From NCBI GenBank assembly GCA_963789375.1, contig CAWBKN010000007.1, positions 36,188 to 100,187 of the forward strand: DNA of 64,000 bases. Direction: 5' to 3'. Shown here in pieces: positions 1 through 11,930 of the stretch (position 1 is its first letter; each line of letters starts with the position of its first letter). The notes beneath the pieces were generated by a model. The model saw only the letters and a list, made by a program, of their open reading frames with translations, ran no database searches and had not been told where the DNA came from. Both the position numbers and the translations under genes were made by a program. The stretch is from an uncultured Gammaproteobacteria bacterium. GTDB lineage: Bacteria; Pseudomonadota; Gammaproteobacteria; Steroidobacterales; Steroidobacteraceae.

Positions 1-1656
1 GCCGTCACCCGCCCTGCTTGCCGCCGTGTTGCTCGCAGGATGCGCGACGACGGACTCGACGTTACTCGAGCCTGCCGCCGTCGCCGAAGCACCCGGCGAA
101 AAGGCGCCGATGGACCGAGCGACGGTCACATCCCGGGCACGATTCCGCCGTCGACTCGCCAGGTGGCAGCACCTGCCGCCCGACCAGTACACCGACATCC
201 TCGACCGCATCCGCGACGGGTACCGGCTGCCGGACGTGCAGCACTTCGCGGTCGACCGCGAGGTCGAGCTCTATCGCAGCAAGGCCGGACTTCCTCGACC
301 GCACGTTCAAGCGGGGCGCGCGCTACCTGTACTACATCGTCACCGAGATCGAGAAGCGCAACATGCCGCTCGAACTCGCGCTGCTGCCGGTCGTCGAGAG
401 CGCGTTCAACCCCGTCGCTTATTCGCGCAGCCGCGCCTCGGGGCTGTGGCAGTTCATCCCCTCCTCGGGCAAGCACTACGGTCTCGAGCAGAACTGGTGG
501 ATCGACGAGCGCCGTGACGTGATCGAGGCGACGCAGGCCGCGCTGACCTACCTGGAGTACCTGAACAGGTACTTCGGCGGCGACTGGTTCCTGGCGATCG
601 CGGCCTACAACGGCGGCGAAGGCACGGTGAGCTCCGCCGTGCGTCGCAACCAGCAGCGCGGATTGCCGACGGATTTCTTCAGCCTGGAACTGCGGGCGGA
701 GACGCGCGACTACGTGCCGAAGCTGCTCGCCATCAGCCGCATCGTGCGCAACCCCGAGGCGTACGGCCTGCAGTTCGCGGCGATCCCGAACCAGCCGTAC
801 TTCGAGATGGTCGACCCGGGCCGACAGGTGCACCTGGACGAGGCCGCGGACCTCGCGGGCATCACCCGCGACGACATGTTCGCGCTCAACCCGGGCTTCA
901 ACCGGATGACGACGCCGCCGAAGGGCCCGCACCGGCTGCTGCTGCCGATCCCGAATGCCGAGACGTTCCGCCAGGCGATGCTCGAACCAGGCCGTGCTCG
1001 GGCAGGAAGGCAAGGTGCTCGTCGCCGCGGTGGAGCCGCCGCCGGACGTGCACCACAAGGTCAAGCGTGGTGAAACGCTGAGCGTGATCTCGCGCCACTA
1101 CGGCGTGCCATGGACGAGCTCAAGGCCGCCAACGAAATCCGCGGCTCGGTGATCCAACCGGGCGACTCGCTGTTGATTCCGCGGCCGGCGGCTCGGCGAC
1201 CGCGACGCTGGCCGCGCTGGCTGCTCCGCGCGAGGAGATCGCCTCGCAATTGCCGGAGAACCAGAAGCGTCGTCGGGCTCCTCCGCGAAGCCGAAGCCGA
1301 AGGTGCACGCGGTGAAGTCCGGGCGACACGCTCTGGGGCGTGTCGCGCAAGTACGGCGTGACCGTCCCGCAGCTGGCCGCGGCCAACGGTCTCTCGAACA
1401 GTGCCGGCCTCGTCGCCGGGCGCGCGACTCGAAATCCCGGGCAGCGGCGGCGCCACACGCGTCGCGTCATCGGGCGAACGCCAGCCGCATGACCTACAAG
1501 GTGCGGCGCGGCGACACGCTCTCCGAGATCGCGGACCGATTCAACGTGTCCGTGCGCGAACTCATGACGTGGAACAGGCTGCGGCAGTCTTCTTCGCTGC
1601 GCACGGGCCAGCGTCTCGTTCTATACGTCGACCCGAGCCGACAATCCGGAGGCTGA
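1..1656 (+). pseudogene. mltD: Membrane-bound lytic murein transglycosylase D (lipoprotein, SLT domain + 3 LysM repeats); 5' end off-window; multiple frame breaks
   Basis: Lipobox ..AAVLLAGC at the window edge (frame of ORF 26..517). SLT block RNMPLELALLPVVESAFNPVAYSRSRASGLWQFIPSSG...AIAAYNGGEG (ORF 18..1073). LysM repeats HKVKRGETLSVISRHYGV, HAVKSGDTLWGVSRKYGV and YKVRRGDTLSEIADRFNV sit in different frames (ORFs 955.., 1110.., 1303.., 1401..). At least 6 frame changes are needed to join them. Confidence 0.8.
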
Positions 1657-1660
1657 CACC

Positions 1661-2449
1661 GTGGGATTTCTGGCTGGCAAGCGAGCCCTGATCGTAGGGC
1701 TCGCGTCGGAGCGTTCGATCGCCTACGGCATCGCCGGCGCGATGCGCCGCGAGGGCGCGGAGCCTCGCGTTCACGTACCAGAACGAGCGGATCAAGGACC
1801 GCGTCGTCGAGATGGCGGAAGGCTTCGACTCGGTGCTGACGCTGCCGATGGACGTCGCCTCCGACGCGGAGATCGACACGGCCTTCGCGGCCATCCGCGA
1901 GGTCTGGGACGGCCTCGACATCATCGTGCACTCCGTCGGATTCGCACCGCGCGAGGCGCTCGCGGGCCGGTTCGTCGAGAGCACGACGCGCGAGGACTTC
2001 AGGGTCGCCCACGACATCTCGAGCTACAGCCTCACCGCGCTGGCCCGCGCCGGGCTGCCGCTGATGCTGGGCCGTGCCGGCTCGATCCTGACGCTGTCGT
2101 ACCTCGGTGCCGTGCGCTCGATCCCGAGCTACAACGTCATGGGCCTCGCCAAGGCGAGCCTGGAGGCGAACGTGCGCTTCCTGGCCGCGGACCTCGGGCC
2201 CGCAGAACATCCGCGTCAACGCGATTTCAGCCGGCCCCATCAAGACGCTGGCCGCGGCCGGCGTCGGCGGGTTCCGCAAGATGCTGTGCCTCGTCGCTGC
2301 GAGCCACGCCATTGCGTCGCAACGTGACGACGGAAGAAGTCGGCAATGCCGCGGCGTTTCTCTGCTCGGACCTGGCGTCGGGCATCACCGGCGAAGTGCT
2401 GTACGTCGATGCCGGGTACAGCCACGTGGGGATGAGCTTTCCGGAATAG
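1661..2449 (+). pseudogene. fabI: Enoyl-[acyl-carrier-protein] reductase (NADH) FabI, three frame breaks
   Basis: GTG start. [34 protein letters not shown] (frame 1661), then MAEGFDS...[25 protein letters not shown] (frame 1812), then [27 protein letters not shown] (frame 2107), then [39 protein letters not shown] (frame 1661). Collinear with E. coli FabI. Breaks near 1765, 2195 and 2290. Confidence 0.85.
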
Positions 2450-2492
2450 GAAGCGGATAGCGGATAGCGAATAGCGGATAGTGGAAGAGCGG
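2442..2492 (+). repeat. TAG-heptamer array (CGGAATAG-GAAG-[CGGATAG CGGATAG CGAATAG CGGATAG]-TGGAAGAGCGG); first unit contains the fabI stop codon
   Basis: Read directly. TAG at 2447, 2458, 2465, 2472 and 2479; the last four are 7 nt apart, so they cycle through all three reading frames. About 85-90% identical by eye to the inverted copy at 2987..3031. Confidence 0.9.
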
Positions 2493-2965
2493 CGACGCGG
2501 CGCCGCAGCGCCAGCCAGCGAGGCTGGTCAGACAGTTTGCCCCACCTCGTCGATGCTGTGACATCTGCGGCGCGCGCTGGCTCGCTGGCATGGATAGCCG
2601 ATCTGCTGCTGCGAGCAAGAGACTGAGTCTCGAGTTCAGCAAGTGAACTCGCGCTGCCACGATGCAGGAAGGCGACCGAAATCCTTGTCCTGCGCTTGCC
2701 GAACCTTCTGCGAGTTTGAAGCGACGGAAACGGCGCGCTCGCCGCATCTGGGCCGTCAACACCAGAAGCGTTCGGCCGGCGGGAAAATCCAGTCAGCTTG
2801 TGCATGTCGACGGCCAGCGTCGAGCGGCTCTCTGCCAGAAGCTCGAGACTCAGCTGGTGGCCACAGTGTTGGCTATCTTGCACGCGGTCAGCATCGTGCC
2901 GGCACTGCACGCGCCGGACAGTCGCCAGGATCACACCGGCCGACCGAAATACGGAGCTGCGGAAA

Positions 2966-2986
2966 GGAGCCGCCAGCGGCGGCTCC
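2966..2986 (-). terminator. Perfect 9-bp GC hairpin (GGAGCCGCC-AGC-GGCGGCTCC) downstream of ppiD, followed on the minus strand by TTTCC
   Basis: Stem/loop read directly. Position is immediately 3' of the ppiD-side heptamer array. The T-tract is weak. Confidence 0.5.
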
Positions 2987-3031
2987 CACTATCCGCTATC
3001 CGCTAGTCCGCTATCCGCTTCCGCTATTCCG
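2987..3031 (-). repeat. TAG-heptamer array, inverted copy (minus strand: CGGAATAG-CGGAAG-[CGGATAG CGGACTAG CGGATAG CGGATAG]-TGGGAGCC); first unit contains the ppiD stop codon
   Basis: The reverse complement of 2987..3031 reads ..ACG GAA TAG CGGAAGCGGATAGCGGACTAGCGGATAGCGGATAGTGGGAGCC. Same architecture and near-identical sequence to 2442..2492. Confidence 0.9.
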
Positions 3032-4937
3032 TCGCGAACAGCTTCTCGTTCCGCTTGATCTTCGCGGTCCGCCGCAGTTCGTCCAGGTAGGAATTGAGCT
3101 CGACCGACGCGGTCTGCTGCGCCAGGTTCTGGGCGAGGTCCGGCACCTGTGCGAGCTGCGCGGCGGGGTCGCCGCGGGCGCGCCGCGGTCACCACGAACA
3201 GGGCCTGGTCGCCCGAAGCGAGCGTGGTCGTGCCCGCACTGACCTTGCCGGCGCGCGGGCCGCGGGGCCTGGAAAATCGACTTGAGCATTTCGGGCGCAA
3301 TCGGCGCCGCGGTTTCGCCCTGCGGGCCAGCGCGCGTGACGGGCTGCACCGGGGTCGGCTGGGCGCCGGCGCTCGCGGCGACCGTGGCCAGCGCTTCGCC
3401 GGCATTGATACGCTGCGCCAGCGCCTTCGCGGTGTCGGCGGCTGCTTTGCGGGCGCCCTCCTCACGCAGCCGCGCCGTGATCTCGTCGCGCACTTCTTCC
3501 AGCGGCCGCTGCTTCGCGGGCTGGTGGTCCGTCACGCGCAGGACGACGACGCTCTCGTCGCCGATCGGGATCGGCGGGCTGTTCTGGCGCTCGACTGCAG
3601 GACCTCGTTGCTGAACGCGGCATCGATGACGTCGCGGCTGGTGCCCAGGGCGCCGCCGCCCTGGCGCGTGAAGCCCTCGACCGTCTGCAGCGTCATGCCG
3701 AGCTTCTTCGCCACGCTGTCGAGTTCGCTGAGCGCGGCGAAGGATTCGTCGGCCAGCTGCTGCGACTTCTCGTAGAACGCGTTCTGGGCCTGGTCCCGCC
3801 GGAATTCGGGCTCGAGCTCCGCGCGCGCCTCGTCGAAGCTGCGCACGTGCGGGGTCTCGATTTCCTCGAGCTGGATCACGTGGTAACCGAACTGCGTCCG
3901 GACGGGGCCGGCGATCTCGCGCCTGCTGCATGCCGAACAGCGCGTCGGCGAATTCCTTGACGTACGCCTCACGCGTCGCCCAGCCGAGTTCGCCGCCGGC
4001 ATCCTTCGAGCCGGGGTCGTCGGAGTTCTCGCGGGCCAGCTTGGCGAAGTCCTCGCCGCGCCTTCGCGCGCGCCAGGATGGCCTCGGCCTTCTTCTTCGC
4101 GGCCGCGTCGTCGCTGCCCCGCTCGATGAGGATGTGGCGCGCGCGGCGCCGTTCGGGCGTCGCGTTGCGGGCCGCGTTTTCCTCGTAGTACTTGCGCAGC
4201 GCCTCCTCGGTGACCTGCACGCTGGCCGCCATGTCGGCGAGGTTGAGCTTGAGGTACTGCAGCGCCACCGTCTCCTGCGTCATGAACTCCGACTTGTGCT
4301 TGCCGTAGTACGACGCCACGGTCTCCGGGCGTCACCGCGACCTGCGCGGCAAAAGCTGCGGCAGGAATGACGGCATAGGCGATGTCGCGCACTTCGCCCT
4401 GCAGCTCGAGGCGGCGCTTCATCTCGCCCGGCGTGACGAACGCGGAAAGGGCGATGGCGTTCTGCAGCTGCGAGGTCTCGAGGTCGCGGCGGAACTCGCG
4501 TTCGAAGTCGGCCTCGCTGCGGCCCTGCTGGCGCAGCAGCGCCGCGTAGCGGTCGCGCGAGAACTTGCCGTCGACCTGCAGCGCCTCGATCCGGGTGAGT
4601 GCCTCGGCGAGCTCCGGTCGCTGACGCGATAGCCGCTTTCGTTCGCGCGCTGCACGAGCAGCTCGCGCGCGATGTAGTCGTCGACCAGCTTCTGCTGCTC
4701 GGACTTGACCAGCTCGGGCGGCAGCTCGTCGCGCAGCTGCTGCTGCAGCTGGGACTGGCGCTCCTGCCAGGCGTTGACCAGGGTCTGCGCGGGGATCTTC
4801 TCGCCGTTGACCGTGGCGGCGGCCGTCGTCGTCGACGACTCGAACTGGATTCCCCAGAAGATGAAGACGACGGCGATCGCACCGAGGAACGTCGCCGCGA
4901 ACCAGCCCGTGATCTTGTCGCGAATCTTCTGCAGCAT
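3024..4937 (-). pseudogene. ppiD: Periplasmic chaperone / peptidyl-prolyl isomerase PpiD, about 7 frame breaks
   Basis: N-terminus MLQKIRDKITGWFAATFLGAIAVVFIFWGIQF (TM anchor). Parvulin block ARHILIERGSDDAAAKKKAEAILARAKA...GGELGW...GPVRTQFGYHVIQLEEI. C-terminus ..ASVELNSYLDELRRTAKIKRNEKLFATE-TAG. Pieces lie in ORFs 4419..5003, 3532..4422, 3969..4319, 3011..3931 and 2989..3465. Confidence 0.8.
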
Positions 4938-4944
4938 GACTTTT

Positions 4945-4984
4945 CTTAGGGGATAGCGGTTAGCGGATTGCGGATAGTAAGAGG
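4945..4984 (+). repeat. Solo TAG-heptamer array (CTTAGG-[GGATAG CGGTTAG CGGATTG CGGATAG]-TAAGAGG) between tRNA-Asp and the ppiD start
   Basis: Read directly. Same GGAAG-like/TRRGAGG architecture as the other arrays. Plus-strand orientation although both flanking genes are on the minus strand. Confidence 0.8.
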
Positions 4985-5025
4985 CGAGCACGCGGCCCGC
5001 CACTCGTTGTTTGTCCCAGATACAC

Positions 5026-5050
5026 GAAAGCCCGCTTGGGGCGGGCTTTC
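5026..5050 (-). terminator. Hairpin GAAAGCCCG-cttgggg-CGGGCTTTC just 3' of tRNA-Asp
   Basis: 9-bp stem read directly. Location fits a terminator for the hupB/tRNA transcription unit. No clear U-tract. Confidence 0.45.
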
Positions 5051-5066
5051 GTCGTGCCAGAAATAG

Positions 5067-5143
5067 TGGCGGAGTGGACGGGACTCGAACCCGCGACCCC
5101 CGGCGTGACAGGCCGGTATTCTAACCAACTGAACTACCACTCC
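5067..5143 (-). tRNA. tRNA-Asp (anticodon GTC)
   Basis: Reverse complement GGAGTGGTAGTTCAGTTGGTTAGAATACCGGCCTGTCACGCCGGGGGTCGCGGGTTCGAGTCCCGTCCACTCCGCCA. Cloverleaf, CT-GTC-AC anticodon loop, encoded CCA. Near-identical to E. coli tRNA-Asp. Confidence 0.95.
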
Positions 5144-5152
5144 GCGCTGATC

Positions 5153-5228
5153 TGGTGGGTGCTGAGGGGATCGAACCCCCGACCTACGCCGTGTAAAGGC
5201 GTCGCTCTCCCAGCTGAGCTAAGCACCC
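5153..5228 (-). tRNA. tRNA-Val (anticodon TAC)
   Basis: Reverse complement GGGTGCTTAGCTCAGCTGGGAGAGCGACGCCTTTACACGGCGTAGGTCGGGGGTTCGATCCCCTCAGCACCCACCA. TT-TAC-AC loop, encoded CCA. Confidence 0.95.
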
Positions 5229-5247
5229 GCGCCTCTCTGGGAGCCCG

Positions 5248-5520
5248 CTAGTTTACGGCATCCTTCAGGCCTTTTCCAGCCTTGAAGCCGGGGACCTTGC
5301 TGGCCGCGATCTGGATGGCCTCGCCAGTGCGCGGATTGCGCCCGGTGCGGGCGGCCCGCTTCTTCGCCGCAAACGTGCCGAAGCCCGAGAGCGCCACGGC
5401 ATCGCCCTTCTGCAGGGCCTCCGTGATGGCGCCGAGCACCGCCTCGACCGCGCGCGCGGCATCGGACTTCGCCAGCGCAGTGCGCTCGGCGACGGCATCG
5501 ATCAGGTCGTTCTTGTTCAT
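5248..5520 (-). CDS. hupB: DNA-binding protein HU-beta
   Basis: [90 protein letters not shown], 90 aa, canonical HU. Taken from the internal Met of ORF 5248..5613. Confidence 0.93.
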   Translation of the reverse strand: MNKNDLIDAVAERTALAKSDAARAVEAVLGAITEALQKGDAVALSGFGTFAAKKRAARTGRNPRTGEAIQIAASKVPGFKAGKGLKDAVN

Positions 5521-5542
5521 GCAATGTCCCTCGTCGTTTCGT

Positions 5543-8002
<2,460 letters not shown>

Positions 8003-8102
8003 GTGGGGTCTCCGGACCGTCTGGCTCCCGCTCGCGCGTCGGCGCGGAGCGGGTTGGGTGAGGGCTTCAAAATATTATCGCGCCCTGTGGCGCGCAGGGG
8101 GG

Positions 8103-8131
8103 AGATTTGGGCGGCGGACCGAACTTTCAAG
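8103..8131 (-). promoter_or_regulatory. Candidate sigma-32 (heat-shock) promoter for lon
   Basis: The minus strand reads CTTGAAA-N13-CCCAAATCT (consensus CTTGAAA-N13/14-CCCCATNT), about 100 nt upstream of the lon start. lon is a classic RpoH regulon member. Confidence 0.5.
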
Positions 8132-8141
8132 GCCGGACGGA

Positions 8142-8253
8142 CGGCTAGTGACTAGTGGCTAGTGACTAGTGACTAGTAAGAGGTGCCGCTGCAGCGTGAC
8201 GTTCGGCTGCACCTCCTACTAGTCACTAGTCACTAGCCACTAGCCACTTCCGG
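8142..8253. repeat. Inverted pair of CTAG-rich TAG-heptamer arrays forming a long hairpin between clpX stop and lon promoter
   Basis: Left arm CGGCTAG TGACTAG TGGCTAG TGACTAG TGACTAG TAAGAGG (8142..8183). 28-nt centre with its own TGCAGC/GCTGCA stem. Right arm (8212..8253) reverse-complements to CCGGAAG TGGCTAG TGGCTAG TGACTAG TGACTAG TAGGAGG. Confidence 0.9.
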
Positions 8254-9558
<1,305 letters not shown>

Positions 9559-9685
9559 GTGCCGAAAATCCTGGTCCAGGAGGCTCAAAACCTGGCTCCG
9601 TGGCTTATACCACGCGAGCCCCCATCCGCAAAAATGCCCGCTGCCGACAGTGGACTTATGCTAGCCCCCGGCCGCTGCGACGCGC

Positions 9686-10324
9686 CTATACCCGCGTCGC
9701 CGAGCCCGCTTCGCCGCGCTGCTGCAGCACGGCGTCGATCAGGCCGTATGCGGTCGCCTGCTCGCCCGTCATGAAATTGTCGCGATCGGTGTCGGTCTTG
9801 ATCCGGTCGATGGTCTGGCCGGTGTGCTTCGCCAGGATCGTGTTCAGGCGGTGCCGGGCGTCGAGGATCTCACGGGCGTGGATCTCGATGTCCGTGGCCT
9901 GGCCCTGGAAGCCGCCGAGCGGCTGGTGGATCATCACGCGCGAATGCGGCAGGCAGAAGCGCTTGCCCTTCGCCCCGCCGGCCAGCAGCACCGCGCCCAT
10001 GCTCGCCGCCTGCCCGACGCAGATCGTGCTGACGTCCGCCCGGATGAACTGCATGGTGTCGTAGATCGCGAGGCCGGCGCTCACCGACCCGCCCGGCGAG
10101 TTGATGTAGATCGCGATGTCCTTCTCCGGGTTCTCGGATTCGAGGAACAGCAGCTGCGCCACCACCAGGTTGGCCATGTAGTCCTCGACCGGGCCCACGA
10201 GGAACACCACCCGCTCCTTGAGCAGGCGCGAATAGATGTCGTAGGCACGCTCGCCGCGCGCCGTCTGTTCGACGACCATCGGGACGAGGTTGAGGGCGCT
10301 GGGTTCGATGAATGACATGTGCAT
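9686..10324 (-). CDS. clpP: ATP-dependent Clp protease proteolytic subunit ClpP
   Basis: Intact 212-aa [31 protein letters not shown]..., catalytic context [11 protein letters not shown] and MIHQPLGG. The start may be the second ATG at 10318. Confidence 0.95.
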   Translation of the reverse strand: MHMSFIEPSALNLVPMVVEQTARGERAYDIYSRLLKERVVFLVGPVEDYMANLVVAQLLFLESENPEKDIAIYINSPGGSVSAGLAIYDTMQFIRADVSTICVGQAASMGAVLLAGGAKGKRFCLPHSRVMIHQPLGGFQGQATDIEIHAREILDARHRLNTILAKHTGQTIDRIKTDTDRDNFMTGEQATAYGLIDAVLQQRGEAGSATRV

Positions 10325-11620
10325 CAGGCTCCGAAGTTCATCAGTTCCTTGAACGTGGACGGCTGGTCGGTGACCTTCGCCCGCTCGAGCAGATAGTCCA
10401 CCACCTGGTCCTCCATCACCATGTTCTCGACCTGTCGCATTGCATCGGCATTCTGGCGGTACGCGCCGAGGATCGCATCCGGATCGGGGTAAGTGGCAGC
10501 CAGTTCAGCGAGCCGGGCATCGACCCGCGCGCGGTCGAGCTGCAGGCCCGTCGTCTTGACCAGCTCGCCCACGAGCAGGCCAAGCGCAACGCGCCGTCGG
10601 GCCGGCTCGACGAACGTATCCGGCGGCGGAACCTGCGATGCATCTTTCGCGCCAATGCGGCGGGCAGCGTCCACCTGCATGTCGCGGACCTGCTGCTCGA
10701 CCAGCGCCTTCGGCGCGTCGACCGGGTTCGCCTCGATGAAACGGTCGAACAGCTGCTGCTTCAGCCGCGCCAGGACGTTGGCCTGCAGCTCGCGGCGCAT
10801 GTTGTCCGCCACTTCGCTCAACAGTTGCTCGATACCGCCCTCGGTCACGCCGTACTCGCGGCAGAACTCGTCGTCGAGCGGCGGCAGCTGCTTTTCCTCC
10901 ACCTTCTTCACCTGGACGGAAAAATCTGCCGTGCGGCCGGCCAGGTCCTTGTTGTGGTACTCGGCCGGGTAGCCCACCGTCACCTGCTTCGCTTCACCCG
11001 CCTTGACGCCGGTGATGCCCGTCTCGAAGTCCTTGAGCATGCGGCCCGCGCCGAGCACGACCGCGACGTCCTTGCCCTCGCTGCCCTCGAAACCCTTGCC
11101 ATCGAGCTGGCCCTGGAAGTCCATCGTCACGCGATCGCCTTCGCGGCTCTCGCGCTCGACCGCTTCGAACTTCGGACGCTGCTCGCGGAGGTTCTGCACC
11201 ATGGCCTCGATGTCGGCCTGCGTGACCTCGGCGACCTGCCGGTTCACGGCCAGGCCCTCGACCCTGGCCGAGCTTGACCTCGGGGAAGACTTCGAAGATC
11301 GCGCGGTACTTGAGGTCTTCGCCCGGGGCGGTGGCGACCGGCTCGATGCGCGGGCCGGTGACCGGCACCAGCTTGGCTTCTGTGACCGCCTTCGTGAACG
11401 TCGACTGGACCAGGTCGCCGACGACCTCCTGGCGGACCTGCGCGCCGAACTGCTGGCGGATCACCTTGATCGGCGCCTTGCCCGGGCGGAACCCCTTGAG
11501 CTTCGCGGTGCGACTGACCTTCTTCAGGCGCTCGTCGACGGCCTGCTCGATCTGTTCCTTCGGAACGCTGACTTCGATGCGGCGCTCGAGGCTGCCGGTC
11601 GATTCGACGGAAACTTGCAT
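10324..11620 (-). pseudogene. tig: Trigger factor, one frame break near 11260
   Basis: MQVSVESTGSLERRIEVSVPKEQIEQAVDERLKKVSRTAKLKGFRPGKAPIKVIRQQFG (ORF 10994..11638) continues in ORF 10324..11247 (..VTMDFQGQLDGKGFEGSEGKDVAVVLGAGRMLKDFE.. FKBP-type PPIase domain). Confidence 0.88.
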
Positions 11621-11688
11621 GGGCTCTTCGGTCCTCAAGGGGGTCTGCGTGCCGGGGCTATGCCCGGAAAAGCCGCATATTGTGCCAT

Positions 11689-11787
11689 GGGGGAAGCGGT
11701 TAGCGGTTAGCGGTTAGCGGATAGGAAGAAACTCGATCCCAGCTATTTGCGGCCTGTCCGCCACCCGCTATCCGCTATCCGCTTGAA
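11689..11787. repeat. Inverted pair of TAG-heptamer arrays between tRNA-Leu and tig
   Basis: Left arm GGGGGAAG-[CGGTTAG x3, CGGATAG]-GAAGAA (11689..11730). 33-nt spacer. The right arm (11764..11787) reverse-complements to TTCAAG-[CGGATAG CGGATAG]-CGGG and sits 2 nt from the tRNA-Leu 3' end. Confidence 0.88.
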
Positions 11788-11789
11788 TC

Positions 11790-11875
11790 TGGTGCGAAAG
11801 GAGGGACTCGAACCCTCACGGGGGTTACCCGCTGGAACCTAAATCCAGTGCGTCTACCAGTTCCGCCACTTTCGC
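11790..11875 (-). tRNA. tRNA-Leu (anticodon TAG), long variable arm
   Basis: Reverse complement GCGAAAGTGGCGGAACTGGTAGACGCACTGGATTTAGGTTCCAGCGGGTAACCCCCGTGAGGGTTCGAGTCCCTCCTTTCGCACCA, 86 nt, encoded CCA. Confidence 0.93.
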
Positions 11876-11930
11876 CTGAGCCGGGCGGGCGGATTGTACC
11901 CTCCCCGCCCCCGGTCGGCCGCGAGCCCCT

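Noticed and set aside
2493-2986. The 490-bp insert as a known housekeeping ncRNA (RNase P RNA, tmRNA, 6S) or a small protein gene.
   Set aside because: It has no GAGGAAAGTCCGG/ACAGAACCCGGCTTA RNase P boxes, no tmRNA tRNA-like ends or tag ORF, and no protein-like ORF. It is left as unexplained in the findings.
5026-5230. An integrase or genomic island inserted at the tRNA-Asp/tRNA-Val or tRNA-Leu genes.
   Set aside because: There is no integrase, no direct repeat of the tRNA 3' end, and the flanking gene order (hupB-tRNAs-ppiD, tig-tRNA-Leu) is the conserved backbone arrangement.
8142-8253. The heptamer arrays as CRISPR arrays.
   Set aside because: The period is 7 nt with no unique spacers, arrays are only 4-5 units long, they occur as inverted pairs, and no cas genes or leader are in the window.
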